From Octopus vulgaris (Eukaryota), in the NCBI GenBank assembly GCA_951406725.2, contig OX597839.1:9920001-9984000 (forward strand): a DNA stretch of 64,000 bases. Direction: 5' to 3'. Both the position numbers and the translations under genes were made by a program. Under the pieces are notes generated by a model. It did not search any database and had not been told where the DNA came from. It saw nothing but the letters and a program-made list of their open reading frames with translations. Shown here piece after piece: positions 1 to 11,451 of this stretch. Position 1 is the stretch's first letter; each line of letters opens with the position of its first letter.

Positions 1-63
1 GGCTCCTTGAATGCTGTTTCCTCTGAATGTGCTTTTATGACCCTTACTTTTAGGCATATACCT
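1..63 (-). CDS. Candidate downstream exon of the ZCWPW-like gene (continues beyond window start)
   Basis: aaacag|AGG TAT ATG is a phase-0 acceptor matching the phase-0 donor at 2017; open frame RYMPKSKGHKSTFRGNSIQGA; weak polypyrimidine tract. Confidence 0.4.
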
Positions 64-163
64 CTGTTTGACAATGTAATAAAATAAGTTATAAATACAA
101 ATATAATAAAATAAAATATAAATACTAATATAAGAAGGGAAATTTTAGATTGTTTCTCATATA

Positions 164-396
164 TATTTCTTTACTGCCCACAAGGGGCTAAACATAAAGG
201 GGACAAACAAGGACAGACAAAGGGATTAAGTCGATTACATCGACCCGAGTGCGAAACTGGTACTTTATTTATCGACCCCGAAAGGATGAAAGGCAAAGTC
301 GACCTTGGCGGAATTTGAACTCAGAACGTAACAGAAGACGAGATACTGCTAAGCATTTCGCCCGGTGTGCTAACGATTCGGCCGGCTCGCCGCCTT
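164..396 (-). mobile_element. tRNA-derived SINE family A (monomer)
   Basis: Head GGCGAGCTGGCAGAA..GAGTTCAAATTCC (A/B-box-like), body GCCTTTCATCCTTTCGGGGTCGATAAA, tail AAAGAAATA. Other copies near 5783-6014, 20139-20260, 33988-34430, 40700-40914, 41455-41686, 53141-53378, 61022-61254, 61540-61665. Confidence 0.85.
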
Positions 397-639
397 ATTG
401 TTTCTCATATAGTCACAAGACCAGATATTTAGATGCAGGATAATTTGTCTATTGAACTGACTCCAGTATGTACTGGTGTTTCATTTTATAGAACCTGGAA
501 GACTGAAAGCAAAGTGGACCTCAGTATGTAAAGAATTGGAGCAAATAAAGCAAGGCATTTTGCCAGACACGTTAGCAATTCTACCAATTCACTTCTTTTA
601 TAACAAGCCACAGGTATATATAAATATGATAAAATAAAA

Positions 640-945
640 CGACACAGTTCTATATTTAAGAGATGAGGAATCATGTACATTATTTACATTTGATGGATAT
701 TTGTCCTCATCTTGGCGTAGTGGTTAAGAACGTGGGCTACTAAACCCAAGATTCTGAGTTCGGTTCCAGGCAAGGAGGAGGAGAAGATGAAGAAGAAGAA
801 TGCTGCCGCCACTGAAAAATATCTAGGAATGAGACCCGAGGTTCGAAATTTCCCCAAGATACCTGATGAAGGCTGGAGGGTATATCAGCTGAAATGTTGT
901 GTTAACAAACAATATGCGGACAAATATCTGTCCAATGTAAATTTA
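640..945 (+). mobile_element. SINE-like element with tRNA head, hammerhead-like motif and an inverted copy of its 3' segment upstream
   Basis: tRNA-like GGCGTAGTGGTTAAG..GAGTTCGGTTCC at 713-770; CTGATGA..GAAA at 863-894; about 680-712 is the reverse complement of about 910-942. Confidence 0.6.
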
Positions 946-1495
946 ACTAGTCCGGGAATTTTTTGATACACCTTGCACATTTACTTTCAATGCTGGCTTG
1001 GGCTGGACAGGTAATTTCTGCCCATCTAGATGGGTTGTAGGGCCACATCTTGCTCCTAAGTTTCATTTTGGTTTCTGTTCTACAACTACATACACTTCCT
1101 AACACCAATCATTTTACAACATGCACTGGATGCATTTTTGTGCACTAGAAAGGTTATCACATTTTCAACAAGACTCTAGGGAGACTTTTAAAATGCTAGT
1201 CCTTCATTGGAAGTTTATAGAAATAAAAGAGGAGACTGACAGAGAAAGTGGCTGGAAAGAGATAAAAAGAACATCTTCCAACCTGAGTCTTAACTCCTCT
1301 CTTTCTCTACTGAAGAGAGAAGCGAGGTATATAAATATTATGTTAAGATTGGAAAAGTCTGATCTTTGTTTTCAAATAAAAATGAACAACTGCAGACATA
1401 GTCTACTCAACCTCCATTGATCAGTTTAGCAAAGACTTTTACTTAGAGAAAACAAATGACAAATAATTTTGAGCCAATATAATTTGAATAAATAA

Positions 1496-1929
1496 GAATC
1501 TTTTCGGTTTGAACAGCAGTTTTTAAAAATAATTTCCACGTAACTAAACACTTTTAAACTTCGTATACTGGTAGAATGTGTTTATAAAACATCTTTTTCT
1601 CTTGGCTTTATTGAGAAAATTCTATAGTTTGTAAGATATTTGTTGTTTTTTTTTCTTCAATTTCTGCAATTTCAACCAATCATTGACGTCTATTGAGGTA
1701 AAAAACATTCTGTGCCGTATGAATATGTCCCTCGTTTAAGAAACAGATTGGGTTTATTTACATTTGTGAAGAAAAAAAGATACCCTTCCCCCCCCCAACC
1801 CTAACCCTACCCCTAACCCTAACCCTAAAACAGATTGAAATGCAATAGATCGATACTAGTGTCATAATTATGGGTGACAATCTCATATGACACCGCTAGA
1901 AAAAACTGCCGTTGAAACCGAAAAGATCC
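1496..1929. mobile_element. Merlin-type MITE family D carrying (CCCTAA)n
   Basis: TIR GGATCTTTTCGGTTTGAACGGCAGTTTTT; near-perfect 8-bp TSD ataaataa/atagataa; internal ccctaaccctaaccctaa. Confidence 0.85.
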
Positions 1930-2016
1930 ATAGATAATAAAAAATGATGGGAGTTATAGAAAATAACCCAAATGTTTTCCTTTCTGTTGTATTGTTGTTA
2001 CTGTTGTTTTTCTTAC

Positions 2017-2221
2017 CTTTGAAACTAATGATTGAGGGTTGCTATCTAACAAGTGAATACAACTGCTTGAAATCCAAGCATGAGAGTGAGGAGTGCCCAA
2101 GAACTCCACATGGTAACTGTCTACAACAATCTCTTCCATGTCCTTGTGTTTCCTTTGCTCTTCTTCCTGGTACTCAACGTATGTGTTATAGAATGGATCA
2201 AAACTTACAACAGCTGGCCAC
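2017..2221 (-). CDS. ZCWPW-like gene, PWWP-domain exon
   Basis: tttcag|G TGG CCA GCT completes GYCW-WPAVV across a phase-2 intron; encodes WPAVVSFDPF...YHVEFLGTPHSHAWIS (PWWP strands); ends AAG|gtaaga. Confidence 0.9.
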
Positions 2222-2294
2222 CTGAAATAATAACCCAGAATAAGAAAAGTTTTCATCCTTGCACTCCATCAATTAGCACAGCTATCACTTCACA

Positions 2295-2640
2295 CTCGCT
2301 CACAACATCATAAGCGGAAAGTGTAACCTCTCGAAAGAGCTGTTCTTCACTCCCGCTCCAGAGCGTGGGGTGCAGGGTCACTCCGAAAAGTTCTATCTAT
2401 GACGATTTCATCTCAATCGAAGGAGAGAGGCTTTCTCCGTCTGGGTTGCGGATCCATGGAATAAGCTGCCAGACAAGATAGTCAAGATGCCGACGACCGA
2501 TCAGTTCAAAGTCTCTCTTGACCAGAAATGGCCTGAGCTCTTTATATGACCGTCCTTCCTGTACATAACTCCCTGTCCCCTTACATGGCCTTGCTTTTGC
2601 TTTTTGAACCAATAAAAATTAAATTAAATTAAAAATTAAA
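2295..2640 (+). mobile_element. CR1-type LINE 3' end
   Basis: Degenerate GHSEK..F..NRRREAFSV.VADPWNKLP C-terminus, 3' UTR and (AATTA)n tail; further copies near 19197-19395 and 54900-55345. Confidence 0.8.
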
Positions 2641-3263
2641 AGACATTTCAATAAACTTCAGTACCATTTTGATAAATTCAAGTTCCACTTCAATAAATAT
2701 GAGTCAGTTCAATAAACTAGTGTCTGTTATATTGGTAAACAGGAACACCACTTCAATAAAGAAAGCACCATTTCAATGAATATGGGTGCCTAAATTTTGA
2801 TAAACTTGAGTGCCAATCCAAAAGACATAAATGTCAACTTCTGAGTATCAGTAAGTACCCCAGTTGTACATCCACATCCACACTCAAATGTACACAAAAT
2901 ATTGCATACACAGATACATAAACAGCAAACACAAAAATTGGATACACATACAGAAACAGTAAACAAGTGTTGAAAATGGATCGTTTTGAAGGTAAGAACT
3001 ATTAAGTAATTTGAAGTAGTGCTTTGTCCAGTATCTACACTAAAGTAATAAGAAGCACATTGTTTACAAAGTACATTTTACAATTTTTACGATGTTTATA
3101 GCCTTATTTTGAACTTTTTATTTTACTATCGTTGATATAATTCATTAACTGAATAATTGACATCATCTCACACCTCACAGCTTAAATACACAGATATATA
3201 TATATGTAATGTAATATGGTATACTACATTACGTGTGATTGTCTTTAAATTGGGCATGACACA

Positions 3264-3748
3264 AAATCGAAATCGATCAACATCAATGGAAATTGTAGCT
3301 GTGATACCAGTGCCGGTGGGACGTAAGAGAACCATCCGAACGTGGCCATTGCCAGCACTGCCCCGACTGGCCTCCGTGCTGGTGGCATGTAAAAAGCACC
3401 ATCCGATTGTGGCCGTTGCCAGCCTCGTCTGGCCCCCGTGCCAGTGGCACATAAAAAGCACCAACTGATCGTGGCCGTTTGCCAGCCTCGTCTGGCCCCC
3501 GTGCCGATGCCACATAAAAAGCACCAACTGATCATGGCCGTTTGCCAGCCTCGTCTGGCACCTGTGCAGGTGGCACGTAAAAAGCACCCACTACACTCAT
3601 GGAGTGGTTGGCATTAGGAAGGGCATCCAGCTGTAGAAACACTGCCAGATCAGACTGGGCCTGGTGCAGCCTTCTGGCTTCCAAGACCCCAGTTGAACCG
3701 TCCAACCCATGCTAGCATGGAAAACAGACGTTAAACAATGATGATGAG
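3264..3748 (+). mobile_element. Retroposon family C with internal ~55-bp tandem units and (GAT)n tail
   Basis: Repeated GTGGCA(C/T)(G/A)TAAAAAGCACC units, then GGAAGGGCATCCAGCTGTAGAAAC and a GATGAT tail. Other copies near 4005, 5010, 16712, 19897, 24851, 30917, 32880, 35170, 48020, 49725, 62872. Confidence 0.85.
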
Positions 3749-5349
3749 GATCCTCTGAGTTTTAGCTGATGGTACTGTAGAAATTGAAGTTTGTTGGTCT
3801 TGTTGCTGTCTCAGTTGGTCTTCATTATTTTTGCTTTTGCCTGCCTTTCTAGTTCTTTTGAGCAAGAGCTCTGAGGGGATTCTTACAACAACAAGACTTT
3901 TTGTACTCACATGTAATTGAAAAATTTAAGTATTATGGCTTTACCGTTTGTGAGGAAAAGTGAATTTTCTTACCAGAAATAAGATATCTAGGACATAAGA
4001 TATCGGGAGAGCCAGCAGCTGCACCAGGCTCCAATCTGTTCTGGAAATGTTTCTACAGCTGGATGCCCTTCCTAATGCCAACCACTCTGAGAGTGTAGTG
4101 GGTGATTTTTACATGCCACTGGCACAGGAGCCAGTCAGGCATGTCTGGCATCGATCATGTTCGGATAGTGCTTTTTACATGCTACCGGCACAAATGTGTA
4201 TAAATGTGTTCCAATATGGCTTTATGGCTTTCAGCATTATTAATTTGTAGTGTAATGGAGGAAAGGGACAACAGAAAAAGAAGCAAATGGGAGAAAGAAA
4301 TACAAAAGGCCTTACCTCGGCGAAATCAGCAGTCTCTTTCACCAATTCAACACGTCTTGTCGCTCTACCGTCTGTGCTGGAACTGACCACACTTCCTCGC
4401 TGACCACATGTGCTTCCTCCCACGCATGCGCCTTTCACTCTTCCGCCGGCCCCTGCAGACCTTACTTCCACCCACCTCATCTGTCATCCTCTCCACCAAC
4501 ACCACATAGCTCATCACAGCCCATAACACTGCCAACACCACATAATTCTTGCAAATTCATTCTGTCACCCCCTCTTAGCCCTATTTTAACCACTCACCTA
4601 TACGGCAATACAAAACTTATTACTAACCAAAGATTTACATGGTTTCTGATCTCTCTTATCATCACTCTTCTATTTCTTTGTACCATGTATTGGGACACAA
4701 ATGTATAGAGGGAGGTATTCAGCTTAATCTGGTGAAAAATCTAGATCCTGTTCATTTACTCTAGTCATTAAGCTGTCTCACTGCATATCATGGAATGGTT
4801 GCTCTATGTAATATGCATTAAGAGTGCTTAATGATTGAAGTAAACAGTCTTTGGTTTTTATGCCAAAGTAAATGTCTCTTTAACATGAAACTAGAGTTGC
4901 TGTTTAAATTACCAAGTTATTGTATTTAAGACACACACACATTTAATACATATTGAAAACAAATATCACACACGCATATTGCACTTTCTTACAAATGTCA
5001 CACATGAAATATCATCATCATCTAATGTCCGTTTGCCATGTTGGCATGGGTTGGACGGTTTGACTGAGGTTGGGAGAGCCAGTAGCTGCACCAGGCTCCA
5101 ATCTGATCTGGAAATGTTTCTACGGCTGGATGTCCTTCCTAATGCCAACCACTCTGAGAGTATAGTGGGTGCTTTTTACATGCCACCGGCACAGGAGCCA
5201 GTCAGGCAGGCCTGGCATCGATCATGTTCGGATAGTGCTTTTTACATGCTACCGGCACAAATGTGTATAATGTGTATGTGTGTGTGTGTGTGAGTGTGTG
5301 TGCATATTTATACATACATGCATGATATATAATACATTTTAAACCTTAC

Positions 5350-5609
5350 CAACAGTAGCCTGCCATTATGGCCATCACCATATCTCCTGGGGTTAAATAT
5401 GGATATACAAACACAATTCCCTTTTTCCACATAGTTTTCTCAATGGATTCAAAATTATCTTCTTCGATATTGCAGTTATTCTTTGTCTGATCTTTGTTGA
5501 ATTTGCAAATCCACTTCTTGTCATCATCACACCATCTGCGAACTTCCTGCTTGCTCACACATCTCCATTTTAAGCAGCTATCACACTGGATCCAAGACAT
5601 TCCTATGAT
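5350..5609 (-). CDS. ZCWPW-like gene, zf-CW exon copy 1 (CW zinc finger plus start of PWWP)
   Basis: aacccag|ATC ATA GGA ATG (phase 0); WIQCDSCLKWR...W.C..N......C is the zf-CW pattern; GDMVMAIMAGYCW starts the PWWP; TG|gtaagg (phase 2). Confidence 0.9.
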
Positions 5610-6046
5610 CTGGGTTGGTAAATGACAAACAGAGATGACGGTTAATTAGCGACATAAATGATAGTGTTGGTGGAGGATGTGTTAGTGATAATGGGGATGG
5701 GAATGATGGTTGTATGTGAAGGTAGTAGTGCCGTTGTAATTGTTGTTGTTAGTGGTGGTGGAACAACATTAATACATATTGGGTGGCGAGCTGGCAGAAA
5801 CGTTAGCACGCCAGGTGAAATGCTCAGCGGTATTTCGTCTGCGGCTACGTTCTGAGTTCAAATTCCGCCAAGGTCGACTTTGCCTTTCATCCTTTCGGGG
5901 TCGATAAATTAAGTACCAGTTACGCACTGGGGTAAATATAATCGACTTAATACCTATGTCTGTCCTTGTTCGTCCCCTCTGTGTTTAGCCCCTTGTGGGT
6001 AGTAAAGAAATAGGAACAATATTAATACATATTTCATCAAACATAC

Positions 6047-6249
6047 CTCTTTTTCTTCCAACCCTTTCAGAGATAATTGTCTTCTCAGCTTTAATCCAGA
6101 ATCTTTATCATTCTTACTTGAGTTTTTGACAATTGGGGCATCACTCCAAGCCACATTTTCGCTTGATTTTTCAGCAGCTGGAAGCAAATTAAGAATCTGT
6201 TCCTGGAGCTCATTGTTGAGATTTTCAAATATTTTCGGACTAGATAAGA
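6047..6249 (-). CDS. ZCWPW-like gene, N-terminal linker exon
   Basis: Long T-tract then caag|TC TTA TCT (phase 1); open frame VLSSPKIFEN...GLEEKE; GAG|gtatgt (phase 0) matches the CW copy 1 acceptor. Confidence 0.8.
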
Positions 6250-6365
6250 CTTGTTTCATGAAAGAAGAAAAAAAAAGAAATAATAAAAATGATTAGTCCA
6301 AGAGTAGTACAAGGGAGAGGTGTTTAGTCATACATGCATGATATATAATACATTTTAAACCTTAC

Positions 6366-6615
6366 CAACAGTAGCCTGCCATTATGGCCATCACCATATC
6401 TCCTGGGGTTAAATATGGATATACAAACACAATTCCTTTTTTCCACATAGTTTCCTCAATGGATTCAAAATTATCTTCTTCGATATTGCAGTTATTCTTT
6501 GTCTGATCTTTGTTGAATTTGCAAATCCACTTCTTGTCATCATCACACCATCTATGAACTTCCTGCTTGCTCACACGTCTCCATTTTAAGCAGTTATCAC
6601 ATTGGATCCAAGTAT
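6366..6615 (-). CDS. ZCWPW-like gene, zf-CW exon copy 2 (duplicated; alternative exon or pseudo-exon)
   Basis: 284-bp duplicate of 5313-5596 with 7 substitutions; intact frame; ctgtcag|AT ACT TGG (phase 1) and TG|gtaagg (phase 2). Confidence 0.6.
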
Positions 6616-6741
6616 CTGACAGGTGTTTATTGTATTGACCATCAGATCCCAAAGAAAGGGTGAGGGATAAAAAGGTGATGTTGATTTGAACTTAAAACAT
6701 GACAGAAAGAAAGTAACTAAATACTGTAATGTATTTAGTGC

Positions 6742-7142
6742 AATTCTTTTCGGTTTGAACGGCAGTTTTTAAAAATAATTTCCATGTAACTAAACACTTT
6801 TAAACTTCGTATACCGGTAGAATGTGTTTATAAAACATCTTTTCTCTTGGCTTTATTGAGAAAATTCTATAGTTTGTAAGATATTTGTTGTTTTTTCTTC
6901 AATTTCTACAATTTCAACCAATCAATGACGTCTATTGAGGTGAAAACATTCTGTACCGTATGAATATGTCCCTCGTTTAAGAAATAGATTGGGTTTATTT
7001 ACATTTCTGAAGAAAAAAAATACCCTTCACCCAACCCCTAAAACAGATTGAAATGCAATAGATCGATACTAGGGTCATAATTATGGGTGACAATTTCATA
7101 TGACACCGCTAGAAAAAACTGCCGTTCAAACCGAAAAGATCC
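6742..7142. mobile_element. Merlin-type MITE family D
   Basis: Same TIRs and internal sequence as 1496-1929. Confidence 0.85.
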
Positions 7143-7905
7143 CTTATCTAGAAGGGAAGCTGCAGGCTGGACATAGACATAATGTTATATGAAATGACAA
7201 GTGAAAATGATGATAAATGAGGGCAACAAGCAATGCCTGCCAATTGCTGCTTATCCAAGAACATTGCTCTTTTATATTTCATTTACAAGGCAACAAACCA
7301 CTTACATTTTTCCCAATTCAATAACAAAAATGAGGCACTAAGCCTCTTACCTTTATTTTGAACTTTCATGCCTGACCAGGCTCCTCCTCTCATTCAAACA
7401 CCTGGACAGTGCCAAGTCGGGCCACTTTAACATAAATCTAAAAGTGTCCTCGGGGAAGGAATTCATCACTCTGCACAAATCGATCTCCCATATGACCTCC
7501 GCAGCCACCTATGAAAGCCAGTCAGGGTCGTCAGTGCAGGATAGAATCCCTTCCCTCCGGCCTTTCTTTTTAAACTTCCTAACGAAGCTTTCTAACGACC
7601 CTCCCTTATGGCAGAGGATCACAAATTCCTCATCCTTAGCATGGGAATGGCCTACAGTTTCTACCTTCGGTGGCACAACTCCTACCAAAGGTGCCATGTG
7701 GCTTCTACCAACCTGCAGCTACTAGCATGGGAAGGGCCTACAGTTTCTACCTTCGGTGGCACAGCCATATTAGTTTGTGATAAAAAAGTGTTTTGAATAT
7801 TTTTTAAACACTTAAGTATTAATATTAATTAACATAAACCTGGAACTAACTTAATTTTTCTTTTTCTTTAAGGACTAGTCAAGGGAGGAAATATTACAGA
7901 CTTAC

Positions 7906-7988
7906 CTGTTTTCTTCCAAAATCGAGTGACAACTTTCTGAAGATCCATATGTTCACAGTTCACTGTACTATAATATCCTGACTGATCT
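7906..7988 (-). CDS. ZCWPW-like gene, upstream exon (may carry the start codon)
   Basis: ttctttgtag|AGATCAG...AAAACAG|gtaagt strong splice sites; open frame DQSGYYSTVNCEHMDLQKVVTRFWKKT, ends in phase 1. Confidence 0.75.
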
Positions 7989-8393
7989 CTACAAAGAAAT
8001 TGAGTGAAATATTAAGATATCATCATTGTCATTGAGATCAGATTCACCGCCATCATCACTACTATCTATTTCTTTACTTCCCACAAGGGGCTAAACACAG
8101 AGGGGACAAACAAGGACAGACCAACAGATTAAGTCGATTATATCGACCCCAGTGCGTAACTGGTACTCATTTAATTGACCCCGAAAGGATGAAAGACAAA
8201 GTCGACCTCTTTTACATACATATTGACAGCATACAGCCCAAACTCTCTGACTTGAAGATAACTCAAAAACTTCAAGAAGAACTTCCTATTGCATTGACCT
8301 ATGAATCATGGTGTCTCTCTTGCTCTCTCTCTCTCTCTCTCTCTCTCCTCCACCACACATCACCCTGTCACAGAGGTTCAATAAAAGAGTTCA

Positions 8394-8938
8394 TGTTAAA
8401 GCGACGGGTGAAATGCTTTGCGGTATTTCGTCTGCCGCTACGTTCTGAGTTCAAATTCCGCCAAGGTCAACTTTGCCTTTCATCCTTTCGGGGTCGATAA
8501 ATTAAGTACCAGTTACGCACTGGGGTCAATGTAATCGACTTAATCCGTTTGTCTGTCCTCTCTGTGTTTAGCCCCTTGTGGGTAGTAAAGAAATAGGTAT
8601 TTCGTCTGCCGTTACATTCTGAGTTCAAATTCCACCGAGGTCAACTTTGCCTTTCATCCTTTCGAGGTCAATAAATTAAGTACCAGTTACGCACGTTTGT
8701 CTGTCCTTGTTTGTCTCCTCTGTGTTTAGCCCCTTGTGGGTAGTAAAGAAATAGGTATTTCGCCTGTCGTTACGTTCTGAGTTCAAATTCCACCGAGGTT
8801 GACTTTGCCTTTCATCCTTTCAGGGTCGATAAATTAAGTACCAGTTATGCACTGGGTTCGATGTAATCGACTTAATCCTTTTGTCTATCCTTGCTTGTCC
8901 CCTTTATATTCAGCCCCTTGGGGGCAGTACAGAAATAA
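8394..8938 (+). repeat. Tandem trimer of SINE family A
   Basis: Three units joined at AAAGAAATA|GGTATTTCG (8595/6, 8753/4). Confidence 0.85.
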
Positions 8939-9064
8939 GAAATAAAAGGTCATGTGATGATACATGACCCCTATTCCTTCGCTTACTCTTTCTACATCAC
9001 AAACAACAATGAAATCTCCTTTAAATCGCACTGTTTCCTCTGAAAATATTAAATATTTTTTTTT

Positions 9065-9872
9065 TAACCGAAAAGGTTTCTCTCATGTTTTTTAAGTGCA
9101 TAGTGCAAAAAATAAATAAATTGTTTGTCAATGCGGTGTCTACTCGGTTTGTGAGTTATTTATGAGAAAAAAGATACCTTCCCCCCATCCCTAACCCCTG
9201 ACCCTAACACCACATATATAAAAAATTAAAATTTTACGGAAAGTGACAATCTTCTTCAAATGTAAACAAATACGTGTGTGGCCATAAACTGAGGGGTCAC
9301 TCGTAAGCAGAGATAGATAAAACCGTTCCCTCATTTAGTGTCCACCCATAATTATGACCCTAATATCGATCTATTGCATTTCAATCTGTGTTAGGGTTAG
9401 GGGTTAGGGGTGGAGAGAAGGGTATCTTTTTGCTTCAGAAATGTAAATAAACCCAATCTGTTTCTTAAACGAATATATAATATGTAATGCGTGTATCTGT
9501 GCAACAGAGAGGAAAATTAAAACTGCATATGTTGTGAACTTAGACTATGTGTTTATTAATAAAAGTTTAATAACGATAATCTTTTATTCATACGAACGTA
9601 ACTGATATGAAATATGTCATAAATAACAGTGACAAACTGAGTAGACACCGCATTGACAAACAACTGCAGAAATTGTATACACCTCAATAGACGTCATTGA
9701 TTGGTTGAAATTGCCGAAATGCAAGAAATAGCTTACAAACTACAGAATTTTCTCAAGAAAGCCAAGAGAAAAAGTTGTTTTATGTAACACATTCTACCAG
9801 TATACGTAGTTTAAAAGTGTTTAGTTACAAAGAAATTATTTTAAAAATCTGCCGGTCAAAGTGAAAAGATCC
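9065..9872. mobile_element. Longer, rearranged relative of MITE family D
   Basis: Ends CTGCCGGTCAAAGTGAAAAGATCC; contains both CCCTAA and TTAGGG blocks; a related remnant lies near 56000-56362. Confidence 0.6.
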
Positions 9873-10039
9873 CTTTTAACTTCTGTCATTTTTGTTTTTT
9901 AGTTCATTATGCCCAGGAAATCTTTGTAAAAAAAATAAGTACAAGGTTAATACTAATTACTGAATGCATATTTCTTTCATCATTTTTATGGATGAATGGA
10001 TGGCACATCGGAATTTATGGAGTCATGGATTCCTGCATT

Positions 10040-10240
10040 GTGTCATTTGTGAATGAAGTCACAGGTGTCCACACAAATCACATGGAAGCAATGTTAGCTC
10101 ACGCCAAACGAAAGTATCGCCAGCTTTATGGTACCACCTCAGATTTGTTTCCTACATATATGAGTTCATGTGTCAGATGAGGTTCTGCAATATTGAAAGC
10201 ATTTGAAAATTTACTCGTTCACATAGCTGAGCAAATATAA
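10040..10240 (+). pseudogene. Merlin (IS1016/IS1595-like DDE) transposase C-terminal remnant
   Basis: [38 protein letters not shown], then frameshifted EFM...FENLLVHIAEQ; fits the FVDPxTGVHTNxIE..K..G...YLxEF motif. Confidence 0.8.
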
Positions 10241-10301
10241 ATTTCAAATTCATAACGTACACTTATGCATTGACACTTCTTTTTTTTAAATTTAAATTTT
10301 C

Positions 10302-10720
10302 GGCGATCTTTCGTCTCTAGTAGACCTTTCCGTCGATTTCCGTAAAAAATTTTTTTTTACATATGGGCTTGCGGGAACTTTTGAAGTAATATACATACAT
10401 ATATACATACACCGAGTAAAAAATTTCAGTTATCTCTTTCTTTCACACATTACTCTGTCTCTTCACACATACTAACAGAAGCACTTCACTTACACAACAT
10501 ACTGTCTGTCTTCCACACCCCATCAAACACACACACACACACACATGTACATCAATGCTTCCCATGCACGGTAACTTCAAAAGAATTTCCTCGTCATACA
10601 ATCGCTTTCTCTTAGTTTCTTTCGCTCTCATTACTTCAAAAGTTCCCGCAAGCCCATATGTAAAAAAAAAAAATTTTTACGGAAATCGACGGAAAGGTCT
10701 ACTAGAGACGAAAGATTGCC
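10302..10720. mobile_element. MITE family E with ~90-bp TIRs (Merlin-type)
   Basis: GGCGATCTTTCGTCTCTAG...CTAGAGACGAAAGATTGCC; perfect 8-bp TSD aaattttc. Confidence 0.9.
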
Positions 10721-11451
10721 AAATTTTCATTTTTGGGGGGAAAATATCATTTTCAAATGTAAAAATCACACCTTTGCTTTCAACTTATTTGTTTGTACCA
10801 CCTTGTGCCTAGGAAATCTTTGTAAAAAGTTAAGTACAATGCTAATACTGAATATGTATTTCTTTCATTATTTTATCGCAGACTTAATCTCTCTCTTTTT
10901 AACAAACTCAAAAGGTAACGCATCCTGTACGCAGTCATTTCACACGCTAGAAATAGAAAGGAACACATGGTTATATTCTAAAGGCCTATAGCGTATCAGA
11001 AGCAGACCATACCAACCAATTCATCTCTGGTCTTTTTTCACATTATTCTAATAATGGTACAGTTTACTTCTTCCAGTCACTGAACTGTGGCCATGCGGAG
11101 GCACCAACTTTTAGTCGAACAAATCAACCCAAGGGTTTATTTGTTTTTAAAGACCGGCACTTTAGATCAGATCAGGAAGAATAACTTCCAGAAATGGTTG
11201 AGTTCTCCTACAAAGAAGAGATGCAACCAGTGAAAATTTGACAAATAGTTCAAGGATTCTCCATTTGAGTATCCTGAGTAATCATGTGCACACAACCACA
11301 TATACATATGGAATCTTTATTACGATCATGACGATCTTATATAGAATGGGACAATACAGGACAAACACAAGACAAAAATGTTAGATGAGTTCGAATGAGT
11401 TACATGTTAAAAATTTATTTTAAAAATATTTTATATAACGATTAAATTTTC

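Noticed and set aside
1790-1830. CCCTAA repeats as a telomere or fusion scar
   Set aside because: Internal part of MITE family D, present in each copy.
3310-3590. Regularly spaced ~25-bp motifs resembling a CRISPR array
   Set aside because: The spacers are homologous to each other, the same structure occurs in many dispersed retroposon copies, the DNA is eukaryotic and there are no cas genes.
5350-6615. A/G excess between the CW copies as a trace of copying from ADAR-edited RNA
   Set aside because: Only 7 differences, at least two explained by CpG decay, and intron sequence was co-duplicated; not distinguishable from ordinary transition bias.
7444-7796. GC-richer ORFs with a ~45-bp duplication
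   Set aside because: In-frame stop and no convincing splice sites; probably a retroelement fragment whose family I cannot identify.
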